A stretch of 64,000 nt of DNA from a virus (lineage: Duplodnaviria > Caudoviricetes). The notes beneath the pieces are model-generated. The model did not search any database. It saw only the letters and a program-made list of their open reading frames with translations, and had not been told where the DNA came from. The stretch is taken from positions 1-64,000 of the IMG/VR virus record IMGVR_UViG_3300030330_004274; one strand, written 5' to 3'. The translations under genes and the position numbers were made by a program. Positions 37,233 to 45,522 of this stretch are shown piece by piece; within the stretch, counting starts at the first letter, position 1, and each line of letters opens with the position of its first letter.

Positions 37233-38328
37233 ATAATTGTGCTTCTTTATGTTTAATATAATCACCAATATCTTTACCCTTTAATCCTTGAGCGATTGCA
37301 TCCTTTGCTGTAACAGATAATTTATGATTCCACAACTTTAATATATTTTTATCAGAGTGTATCTCTGTCCATTGTTTAACTTGTGATATAGTTAACTTAC
37401 TGTTGTCTTGTAGTTTCTTAAATGATGGTAAATCAAGTATTACTTCTTTCCAATCCATCATATGTATTAACAACCATATACTATTAACCTCTTGATTAGT
37501 ATAAGATAAAGATTTTAATTTACTTCTAACTTTATTCTTACCATTGGTATGTAACATATATGCTATTTGTAAGATATAATCATTCGTTGTTAATCTATAC
37601 ATCAGAGTACTTAATCCTGGAAATATCTGTTTGAACATTCCTAACTTTTGTACCATCTTTAAATAGTTTAGAACTGATTTAGCTTTTGTAATTCCTTTTA
37701 TAAACTCATCTCTTATTCTTTCAGAACTAACTTTAGATATATCAGCATTTCTTTTCAAGGACCCCCAGGTTTCTTTTGTCATCTTTCCTCCCACACTACC
37801 AGCAAATCTTACGGCTCGTAATCTACGCAGTGGGTCTTCATCAAACCTTCTATCTGCAGAACCAACAGTTCTGATTTTCTTTTTCTTTAAATCAGCAATT
37901 CCTCCTACTAAATCTACAATTTGTTTCTTACCTATATCGTAGAACAGAGCATTGATGGTTAAGTCCCTACGCTTAACATCACCCTTGATGTCTGTGAAAT
38001 CAACTGCATCAGGTCGTCTTCCCTTACCTATATCTTTTCTGAATGTAGCAATCTCATGTCCTCCCACAACCACAACACCAAATTGTTTTCCAACCTCTAC
38101 TGATTTGAATCCACCTTGTTTGGCTATGTTCAATACTTCATCAGGTTTAGCATCTGTCGTTAAATCAAAATCCTTTGGTGAGTTACCAAGTATTGCATCA
38201 CGAACAGCACCACCAACTACATAGAGTTGTTTACCATTCTTCTTAAATAATTTGTGGAGTTTTTTTATATCGGATGGGATGTTAAGTTTGAGTTTAGCTT
38301 CTGCTAGTAAAGTAGATAAATGTATCAT
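37219..38328 (-). CDS. cca: CCA-adding tRNA nucleotidyltransferase (class II)
   Basis: VGGAVRD, DFD, VGKQFGV, RRDLTINA and EDPLR templating motif. Confidence 0.8.
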   Translation of the reverse strand: MIHLSTLLAEAKLKLNIPSDIKKLHKLFKKNGKQLYVVGGAVRDAILGNSPKDFDLTTDAKPDEVLNIAKQGGFKSVEVGKQFGVVVVGGHEIATFRKDIGKGRRPDAVDFTDIKGDVKRRDLTINALFYDIGKKQIVDLVGGIADLKKKKIRTVGSADRRFDEDPLRRLRAVRFAGSVGGKMTKETWGSLKRNADISKVSSERIRDEFIKGITKAKSVLNYLKMVQKLGMFKQIFPGLSTLMYRLTTNDYILQIAYMLHTNGKNKVRSKLKSLSYTNQEVNSIWLLIHMMDWKEVILDLPSFKKLQDNSKLTISQVKQWTEIHSDKNILKLWNHKLSVTAKDAIAQGLKGKDIGDYIKHKEAQLFISS

Positions 38329-39224
38329 ACCTTACCACCTCTTTGTTTTACAAACTTCTTAACACCATCAGCAAAGCCTGTAAAGATTTTACCTTTAACA
38401 AATGGTTTTAAATCTTTCTTTATATCCTTTATTGCTTTCTCTGTTGTTTCAAAATCATTAGGGTCACCAATTACATCTATAACGATATAGGCATCTTTAA
38501 CCTTTACATCATAAACCAATAATTCATTGTAACCATATGAACTCATAAATTTTGTTATTGTTGGATTATTAATATTTTTCATAAATGCATTTTTCATTTT
38601 CTTTTTATTTTTTAGTAAGAACTTATTACTTGCATCTATATATTTTTTAATCAAATTAGCTTTTTGTTTACCTGTATATTGTGGAAATCTTTTCTTCACA
38701 TCAGGTGGGTCTGAAGGCACTACTAACAAACTTGTTTTGTATTTGTATAATATATCTTCTAATTTTTTATCTATCTTATATAAACCTTTTCTATAAGTTA
38801 TACCTGCACCAGGTCCTTGTAAATTTTTCATACCAAGTATCTTACCAAGAGTGCTTGGAGCTAACCATCTTCTCCCAGCCTCATCAGGTACAGAACCTAA
38901 ATCTTCAGTCCCAGCAACCAATACTTTACCTACTACTTCTAAAACTACACCACCACCAGTTTGAACACCACCACCTTTTAATAAATGACCCTCAGTATCG
39001 TGAGTGTATGTTGATATTGATTTTTGTGTGCCAATGACATTGGGTAATTGTTTTTTAATTGAATACCAATTTAGATTATGAAATGTGGTTATAGGTGTAT
39101 CACCCATAACTTGTTTCATCACCTTTGGTGTCATTGGTATATAATCGTGACCAACCCACTCTAATGATTTTTGAGAATGAGCCACACCAGAAAATTCTAA
39201 TAATAAATCTTTTAGTTTAATCAT
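38325..39224 (-). CDS. hypothetical protein, probable internal virion protein
   Basis: MIKLKDLLLE N-terminus shared with its neighbour. Confidence 0.6.
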   Translation of the reverse strand: MIKLKDLLLEFSGVAHSQKSLEWVGHDYIPMTPKVMKQVMGDTPITTFHNLNWYSIKKQLPNVIGTQKSISTYTHDTEGHLLKGGGVQTGGGVVLEVVGKVLVAGTEDLGSVPDEAGRRWLAPSTLGKILGMKNLQGPGAGITYRKGLYKIDKKLEDILYKYKTSLLVVPSDPPDVKKRFPQYTGKQKANLIKKYIDASNKFLLKNKKKMKNAFMKNINNPTITKFMSSYGYNELLVYDVKVKDAYIVIDVIGDPNDFETTEKAIKDIKKDLKPFVKGKIFTGFADGVKKFVKQRGGKV

Positions 39225-39631
39225 TTCTTTTTACCTGCACAATGTGCCTTTTGACTAAATCCTTTTGGGTTATTACAATCAATAGACTTTTTATATTTTT
39301 TACTCCAACCTTCATTTTTCTTTTTAGTAATCTTTTTCATTTTATTTATATATGCTCTATACACGGCTGCCTGAGATGTTTTACCCATCTCTCTTGCTCT
39401 TTGTTCCATAGCAACTGCAGCTTGTATTTTGTGAGCGTGTGATTTACCACTACCTTTTATTTTATTAACTGATGCTTTTGCATCTTTAACAGTAGCAAAT
39501 TTTAATCCGTGTATAGTTCCTTTTGGATTCTCATCAGTATATAAATCTGAATGAGATGATGAACCACGATGTTGACCTTTCTTACGAGGTTTTCTTGGTT
39601 CTTCAGATAATAAATCTTTTAGTTTAATCAT
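39221..39631 (-). CDS. basic hypothetical protein, probable virion protein
   Basis: MIKLKDLLSE; DLYTDENPKGTIHGL; WSKKYKKSIDCNNPKGFSQKAHC. Confidence 0.6.
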   Translation of the reverse strand: MIKLKDLLSEEPRKPRKKGQHRGSSSHSDLYTDENPKGTIHGLKFATVKDAKASVNKIKGSGKSHAHKIQAAVAMEQRAREMGKTSQAAVYRAYINKMKKITKKKNEGWSKKYKKSIDCNNPKGFSQKAHCAGKKK

Positions 39632-39936
39632 TGCTTTCCCTCCACATCATATAACCAATACTCAGCAGTTAGTTCATTCCCTATGTTTATTGGTCTAATG
39701 GTTCTTAACATAATATAATCACCATCGTTATAAAATTCACAATTAGGTACATCTGCGTGATTTACAAATGCCCCAATTGGAGTTCTAATATATCCATTTT
39801 CAAATCTATCATCTTTAACATGCGAAATACCAAGTTGTGTATTTGCAGTTAAATTTTCTGCTGCAAATAATCCTAATCCTTCAATGTAGGATTTTTTAAT
39901 TGTTACTTCTTTTGGTAATGGTCTATACATAGTCAT
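39628..39936 (-). CDS. SET-domain protein
   Basis: GLGLFA, FVNHADVPNC, RPINIGNELTAEY. Confidence 0.8.
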   Translation of the reverse strand: MTMYRPLPKEVTIKKSYIEGLGLFAAENLTANTQLGISHVKDDRFENGYIRTPIGAFVNHADVPNCEFYNDGDYIMLRTIRPINIGNELTAEYWLYDVEGKQ

Positions 39937-39937
39937 T

Positions 39938-39946
39938 TATAAATAT
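39938..39946 (-). promoter_or_regulatory. putative late promoter ATATTTATA
   Basis: The same 9-mer lies on the sense strand upstream of genes at 36597, 46211, 48003, 56752 and 59785. Confidence 0.55.
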
Positions 39947-39977
39947 CAAATTTTGATAGATTATATAAATAAAATAT

Positions 39978-40032
39978 TGTTACAACTTGTTACAATTTAT
40001 TGTTTGGTATTTTGTTAAAATATACCGATATT
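39978..40032 (+). promoter_or_regulatory. direct-repeat promoter, copy 6
   Basis: Repeats at 39978/39988; TTGGTA-N17-GATATT. Confidence 0.65.
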
Positions 40033-40055
40033 AATATATGGATAAAGGAGTTAAT

Positions 40056-40505
40056 ATGAATAAGATTGTTATTTTTGATTTAGATGGTACACTTGCTCTT
40101 ATAGATAAACGAAGAGATTTAGCTACCAAAGATAATGGAAAATTTGATTGGGATGTTTTCTTTGACCCAGCGAATATAGATTTAGATTTACCAAACCAAC
40201 CTGTTATTGATATGGCTAATATGTTGAGTAAACAAGGATATACGATTATGATTCTATCAGGTCGTTCTGATGTTACTCATCAAGCCACACGAGATTGGTT
40301 AAACAAGCATGGTGTTTGGTTTGATACTCTTACAATGAGAACTAAACATTATCATTACACAAAAGATTCAGTTCTAAAACAAATGTGGTTAGATTCCATT
40401 GGTGTTGATAATGTTGCTATGGTTTTTGATGATAGACAACAAGTTGTTGATATGTGGCGTTCTAACGGACTCACTTGTTTTCAAGTTGCAGATGGAGATT
40501 TTTAA
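40056..40505 (+). CDS. stand-alone polynucleotide 3'-phosphatase (HAD domain of T4 PseT/PNKP type)
   Basis: DLDGT, SGR, KD...K, FDDRQQVVDMWR..GLTCFQVADGDF. Confidence 0.8.
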   Translation: MNKIVIFDLDGTLALIDKRRDLATKDNGKFDWDVFFDPANIDLDLPNQPVIDMANMLSKQGYTIMILSGRSDVTHQATRDWLNKHGVWFDTLTMRTKHYHYTKDSVLKQMWLDSIGVDNVAMVFDDRQQVVDMWRSNGLTCFQVADGDF

Positions 40506-40631
40506 TTGGGGAGTTGCGACCTCAATATGAATGGGAACTCACAACGGACAAGGCTTAGGTTGGGTAGGGGAAACACAAGTTTCCATAGAATCCCATTGGG
40601 TAGCGAGTGGTTGACCAGAGTTCCCATTTGT
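40505..40631 (+). ncRNA. candidate small structured RNA element
   Basis: 14-bp closing stem 40527-40540/40618-40631 with internal hairpin GGAAAC-ACAA-GTTTCC; GC-rich. Confidence 0.4.
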
Positions 40632-40639
40632 AACAATGT

Positions 40640-40694
40640 TGTTACATATTGTTACAATTTAATTATAGGATATAAGTTTAAATGTCCGTATATT
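40640..40694 (+). promoter_or_regulatory. direct-repeat promoter, copy 7
   Basis: Repeats at 40640/40650, an inverted TGTAACA at 40629, TATATT at 40689. Confidence 0.7.
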
Positions 40695-40729
40695 AGTATA
40701 TGATTGAAAAAGGAAAAAAAAGGAGTTAT

Positions 40730-42850
40730 ATGAGTTTTAATTCAAGAGATTTTAAGGGTTTTACTTTTAGGAGTGGTCCCGCTAAAACCACTGTCAAACA
40801 AAATTCATCATTTTGGGATAATCAAGTTGATGATTATGATGTAGATGAATTTTTAGGTTTAGATACCAATGTTAAAAAAGGTAAAGATTTAGTTGCTTTG
40901 GCTGGTTATAAAAGAGCCATAAGTAATTTCGTTAATATTGTTACAGAGGAAAGTATTCCTGTTGTGTTCAATTCAAATGACCAAAGTTATACCGATGGTA
41001 AAAAAGTTGTTATCGGTGCTAACATTGATGACAAAAAATTTGATGTTGCTGTTGGTCTGGCTCTTCACGAGGGTTCTCATATTAAACTTTCCGATTTCAA
41101 TTTATTAAAAAATTTAGAAACTGAAATACCACACGAAATTTATGTTCTTGCTGAAAGTGTTGGTGTTACAAGATTTCAAGTTATTACTACTGTTAAAAAT
41201 TTACTTAACTATGTTGAGGATAGGAGAATTGACTCTTTCATTTTCAGAACTTCTCCTGGTTACAAAAATTATTATCACTCTATGTATGACAAGTATTTTT
41301 ATTCAAAGAATGTAGATAAAGGTTTATTATCTGATGAGTTTAGAACTGAATGTATTGATTCTTATATGTTCAGAATTATTAACCTTCATAACAAGAATAG
41401 GCAGTTAGGTTCTCTTAAAGGTTTAAGAGAAATTGCTTCTTTAATTAATTTAGGTAACATTCAAAGAGGTGGGTTGGAAACTACAGATGATTGTTTCAAA
41501 ATCGCTTGTGATGTTATGGGTGTTATTCTTAAATCTATTGAGCCTATCAAACCTCCAACAGATGAGAATGGTTCTTCAGATGGTGATGAGAGTTCAGAAA
41601 ATGGTGATTCTCAAGAGGGTAATGGTTCAAGTGGTACTAAGACCCTAACTGATGAAGAAGTTCAAGATATGATTGATTCTGGTTCACTTGATGTTCCTGC
41701 TGAAAATTCAGGTAACGATGATGGTTCTGAATCAGTTGAGTTATCAGAGAGACAAAAAAATATGTTAAGAAAACACTTTGAGAAACAAGAAAAGTTTCTT
41801 GATGGTGATGTTCAAAAAACTAAACTAACTAAAAAAGAATCTAATGATATTCAATCTATTGATGAGTCAGGTGCTACTTATGAGAATGTTGGTAACGATG
41901 TTCCTAAGTATTCTTGGGATAGTTCTTCAGTTGGTAAAGGTACTAAGTGTTTGGTTGTTAGAAAACTAACTCAAGGTTTGATTGATTCAGACCAATTCAG
42001 TTGTGCTTCTTCTTGGAATCAAAGAAGATATAATGACTCTGATAGATACAGAAATTACAACTTTGTTCAAGAGGGTTTGAGACTTGGTTCTATGTTGGGT
42101 AGAAAACTTCAAGTTAGAGGTGAGGAATCTCAACTTAAATTCTCAAGACAAGATTCAGGTAAGATTGACAAGAGATTGATTGCTGAACTTGGTTTCGGAA
42201 ATTCAAATGTTTTCTCTCACACTCTTACTGAAAGATTTAACAAGGCTTACTTACACTTATCGGTTGATGCTAGTGGTTCTATGTGTGGTGACAAATGGAA
42301 CAAAGCGATGACATCGGCAGTTGCGATGATTAAAGCTTGTGATATGGCTGGTAACATTGATGTGGTTCTTTCAATCAGAACTACTCACTCTTCTAATAGA
42401 GGTGGTTCTGATGTTCCAATGATTATGGTTTGTTATGATTCAAGAACTGATAAACTTACTAAAGTAAAAAGTTTGTTTCCGGCTCTTGAGGTTAGTGGTA
42501 CTACACCAGAGGGTTTATGTTTTGAAGCTATTGAGAAAGATTTGATTCCAGGTAACTCTAATCAAGATAGTTACTTCATCAACTTTTCAGATGGTCAGCC
42601 TTACTATGGTAACAATGAAATCAGTTACTCTGGTGATAGAGCTGAGGCTCACACTAAAAAAATGTGTGACAATATGAGAGCCAAAGGTATTAGTGTGTTG
42701 AGTTACTTCATTAGTGATTACGAAGTATCTGATGACAGTTATGATGCTAAGGCTTTTAAATCAATGTATGGTAAAGATGCTGAGTTCATCACTCCAACTA
42801 ATATGATGGCTGTGGCTAAAACAATGAACAAAAAGTTTTTAAGTAAATAA
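40730..42850 (+). CDS. CobT-like protein: HExxH metallopeptidase-like domain, acidic linker and vWA domain
   Basis: ALHEGSH, NYVEDRRID, DASGS MIDAS, GTTP, SDGQP; in-frame upstream ATG at 40700. Confidence 0.8.
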   Translation: MSFNSRDFKGFTFRSGPAKTTVKQNSSFWDNQVDDYDVDEFLGLDTNVKKGKDLVALAGYKRAISNFVNIVTEESIPVVFNSNDQSYTDGKKVVIGANIDDKKFDVAVGLALHEGSHIKLSDFNLLKNLETEIPHEIYVLAESVGVTRFQVITTVKNLLNYVEDRRIDSFIFRTSPGYKNYYHSMYDKYFYSKNVDKGLLSDEFRTECIDSYMFRIINLHNKNRQLGSLKGLREIASLINLGNIQRGGLETTDDCFKIACDVMGVILKSIEPIKPPTDENGSSDGDESSENGDSQEGNGSSGTKTLTDEEVQDMIDSGSLDVPAENSGNDDGSESVELSERQKNMLRKHFEKQEKFLDGDVQKTKLTKKESNDIQSIDESGATYENVGNDVPKYSWDSSSVGKGTKCLVVRKLTQGLIDSDQFSCASSWNQRRYNDSDRYRNYNFVQEGLRLGSMLGRKLQVRGEESQLKFSRQDSGKIDKRLIAELGFGNSNVFSHTLTERFNKAYLHLSVDASGSMCGDKWNKAMTSAVAMIKACDMAGNIDVVLSIRTTHSSNRGGSDVPMIMVCYDSRTDKLTKVKSLFPALEVSGTTPEGLCFEAIEKDLIPGNSNQDSYFINFSDGQPYYGNNEISYSGDRAEAHTKKMCDNMRAKGISVLSYFISDYEVSDDSYDAKAFKSMYGKDAEFITPTNMMAVAKTMNKKFLSK

Positions 42851-42861
42851 GGAGATAAAAA

Positions 42862-43062
42862 ATGGATGATGACAATTTATATGAATCTGTTCACAACTAT
42901 ACCAAGTTTAAATTGGTAGAAATGTTGATTAACAGATTGAATGATGGTAGAACTAAATTGGATGATTTAAATTCAATTGAAGATTTAGCTGATGAGGTTT
43001 TACAAACTCTAGCGATTGCTGGATTAAAATTTCATCAAGAGTTAAAGGGAGAGTTCAAATGA
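42862..43062 (+). CDS. hypothetical protein
   Basis: AAGGAG RBS. Confidence 0.55.
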   Translation: MDDDNLYESVHNYTKFKLVEMLINRLNDGRTKLDDLNSIEDLADEVLQTLAIAGLKFHQELKGEFK

Positions 43063-43616
43063 GAATAGGAATTGATTGTGATGGTGTGCTGAGAGATTTT
43101 ATACCTGATTTAATTGAAGGTATCAAAACAACTCATCCACAACATGCAGATAAAATACTTGTGCCTGAAACTTGGGATTGGGAAGGTTGGCTACCTTTTT
43201 GGACAAATGATGAAACAGAGAAATATGTTTTTGAAGATAATTATTTGGATTTCTTTGGAGTTGTTGCTAATCCAATTAAGGAGGCAGTTGAAGATTGGGC
43301 AATACTTAAATCGTGGGCCATCAAACACGGACACGAATTAGTTTTAGTATCTGCACAACGACCACATTGTATTGAACCAACTGATGCTTGGTTGGAAGAA
43401 TGTGGATTTGATTTTCAAGAAAAACATTATACGAAAGATAAGTGGTCAGTTGATGTTGATGTTCTGATTGATGATTCACCAGAAAAACTAAATGATTTTA
43501 ATAATAAAAGTATTAATGGTGGATTTCCAATTTGTATGAAACAAACTTGGAATCAAGAGTGTCAGACCAAGTATATGAGTATTGACAGGTTGTCAGACAT
43601 TATAGATAAATTATAG
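43059..43616 (+). CDS. 5'(3')-deoxyribonucleotidase (NT5C-type HAD)
   Basis: IGIDCDGVL, K....DVLIDDSP, WN. Confidence 0.75.
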   Translation: MRIGIDCDGVLRDFIPDLIEGIKTTHPQHADKILVPETWDWEGWLPFWTNDETEKYVFEDNYLDFFGVVANPIKEAVEDWAILKSWAIKHGHELVLVSAQRPHCIEPTDAWLEECGFDFQEKHYTKDKWSVDVDVLIDDSPEKLNDFNNKSINGGFPICMKQTWNQECQTKYMSIDRLSDIIDKL

Positions 43617-43714
43617 TTTGGTATAGTTATTGTACTATATACTATAGAGATTGTTGCTCAAGTGAGGACAATCATAATTAGACTAATAGTTAATTAAAAC
43701 ATAGGAGAAATAAA

Positions 43715-44179
43715 ATGACTAAAGTAAGATTCATAAATCCAAAACATCTCAACCGAGATGAATTTTTAACACCATTCGATAGAGTATTCGATGAACTGAT
43801 GAATAAGACGTTTCCAACTTTCAAAGAAGAAACTGGAGTATCTTTTAATCAAGGTGCATATCCTAAAGTGAATGTATATGAATACGATGACAAAGTTGGT
43901 ATCGTAGCAGAGATTCCTGGTTTGGATAAAAGTAATGTATCTGTTGATGTAGAAGAACAAGTGCTTACAATATCAGGTGATAAACACGGATTCGACTCTG
44001 ATGGTGGTAAATGTATCACAAGAGAATTAAAACAATCAGCATTCACAAGGTCTTTCAATCTTGGGGAACATTTAGATGGGGGAAATGTATCAGCTAAATT
44101 TAAAGATGGTATGTTATCAATATCTGTTCCAAAGATTGAACCAGAGAAACCTAAAAAACACTCTGTTAAAATCTCCTAA
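43715..44179 (+). CDS. hsp20: small heat shock protein Hsp20
   Basis: YPKVNVYE, AEIPG, LTISG, FTRSF.L, A.FKDGML.I..PK. Confidence 0.92.
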   Translation: MTKVRFINPKHLNRDEFLTPFDRVFDELMNKTFPTFKEETGVSFNQGAYPKVNVYEYDDKVGIVAEIPGLDKSNVSVDVEEQVLTISGDKHGFDSDGGKCITRELKQSAFTRSFNLGEHLDGGNVSAKFKDGMLSISVPKIEPEKPKKHSVKIS

Positions 44180-44358
44180 TGGAGTTACTTGATTTTCAAG
44201 GTAGTAAGTGGGAAGTGAAAGCCAAAGTGGATGGGTCTCGCCTTGATGACCCATCTACCTTGAAGTCAAGTTATGGTGCTGATATGGTTATAAAAAATTC
44301 ACAGAATATCTATTTCGTACTTGATAAAATAATAGATGTGGATTACGAAGAAATTTAA
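44179..44358 (+). CDS. hypothetical protein (59 aa, absent from the ORF track)
   Basis: TAATG overlap; MELLDFQGSKWEVKAKVDG...DVDYEEI. Confidence 0.55.
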   Translation: MELLDFQGSKWEVKAKVDGSRLDDPSTLKSSYGADMVIKNSQNIYFVLDKIIDVDYEEI

Positions 44359-44387
44359 AAAGGTTATATTGTTATCTTCGTCACAAT

Positions 44388-44414
44388 AAAGGTTCTGTTT
44401 TCAGAACCTTTTTT
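44388..44414 (+). terminator. intrinsic terminator
   Basis: AAAGGTTCTG-TTTT-CAGAACCTTT followed by Ts. Confidence 0.8.
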
Positions 44415-44460
44415 GTTTTACCTTGTTTCATACTATTTATTATAAAGGCCGGAGAAAAAA

Positions 44461-44865
44461 ATGTTAATAAAAATACTAATGGTTTTATTAATGGTTTCAA
44501 TGGCTCACACCGAATGGCGATGGGCTGATGATAGTGATGAATTTACTATGGATAAAAAGGCTCACTTTCTTGGTAGTGCAGGTGCATATTTTTTCTTTCG
44601 ACATAAAGATTATAGTGTAGAAGAATCTATGTTGTATTCATTTTATTTGGGTTTGGGAAAAGAAGTTATTGATGCAGTATTACCATATGAGAAGTATGGT
44701 AGTTGGGGTGGAGATGGATTTTCCAAATATGATTTAATGTATGATGTTGCAGGAATACTTTGTGCGTATGGAATAGATAAGGTTTGGAAACCAAAGGAGA
44801 ACAAAAATGATTTCAGATTCGGATTTAATAATACTGGCATTAGCTTTTCTTTTAGGATTTATTAG
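44461..44865 (+). CDS. YfiM-like exported/membrane protein
   Basis: Signal-like N-terminus, DKKAHF, G.GKE..D, GFS..DL..D.AG. Confidence 0.6.
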   Translation: MLIKILMVLLMVSMAHTEWRWADDSDEFTMDKKAHFLGSAGAYFFFRHKDYSVEESMLYSFYLGLGKEVIDAVLPYEKYGSWGGDGFSKYDLMYDVAGILCAYGIDKVWKPKENKNDFRFGFNNTGISFSFRIY

Positions 44866-45070
44866 TAACAATACAGGTCCTCAAACTTACGAATATAAAG
44901 ATGGATTTGTAGTTGTAGATAGTAAATATCAATGTCCAAAACATTGTGCAGTAAATCACAATCATTCAGTTTATTATGATGAAGATATTAAAAAAAGTAA
45001 TAGAATGTATGTAAATAAAGATGATTTAGGTGAAAAAATAAAAAAAAATAAAAGAAAAAATAAGCGTTGA
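44807..45070 (+). CDS. hypothetical membrane-anchored protein
   Basis: AAGGAG RBS, N-terminal hydrophobic segment, CPKHC..NHNH. Confidence 0.5.
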   Translation: MISDSDLIILALAFLLGFISNNTGPQTYEYKDGFVVVDSKYQCPKHCAVNHNHSVYYDEDIKKSNRMYVNKDDLGEKIKKNKRKNKR

Positions 45071-45111
45071 CATATATATGGAAAAGGTACTATATTAAAA
45101 GGTGATACAAT

Positions 45112-45522
45112 ATGTCAACAAAAAAGAAAATAGAACGACATTCATTTGTGGATGAAAATGGACAACGATGGTTACAATGTAAGTATTGTTATAACTATCA
45201 AAAAGTAGAAGATGGAGTAGTAGCATCTACTTGTGGAACTTGTGCAGTAAAAGTAGATTTAATAAAATTTCCAAACACTGCTATAAAAATAAAAAAACCT
45301 AAAACTGGTCGTCCTGCTGGTTGGCATTTTATGAATGAGTTTGTTGACAAAGATGGTAATGTGTTTCACAAAGGAAAAGAACAACCTGATTTAAAAGGAA
45401 CTCTTGAACCAACAGTTGTGAAACCACGAAAGAAGAAAAAGAAATTATCAGCTGATGAAAAGTTATTTAAGAAAGCAGCTGATTGGAAAAAAAGATTAAA
45501 AGCTAGAAGAGGTAAAAAGTGA
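45112..45522 (+). CDS. zinc-ribbon hypothetical protein
   Basis: CKYC...CGTC; preceded by TTGACA-N18-TATATT (45067-45096). Confidence 0.6.
   Translation: MSTKKKIERHSFVDENGQRWLQCKYCYNYQKVEDGVVASTCGTCAVKVDLIKFPNTAIKIKKPKTGRPAGWHFMNEFVDKDGNVFHKGKEQPDLKGTLEPTVVKPRKKKKKLSADEKLFKKAADWKKRLKARRGKK

Noticed and set aside
22115-40694. Cyanobacterial host inferred from the HLR1-like repeat
   Set aside because: The motif type is shared by several OmpR-family regulators, and no photosynthesis genes appear in the window
40506-40703. 65-aa + strand ORF
   Set aside because: TTG start without an RBS; spans a structured element and a promoter
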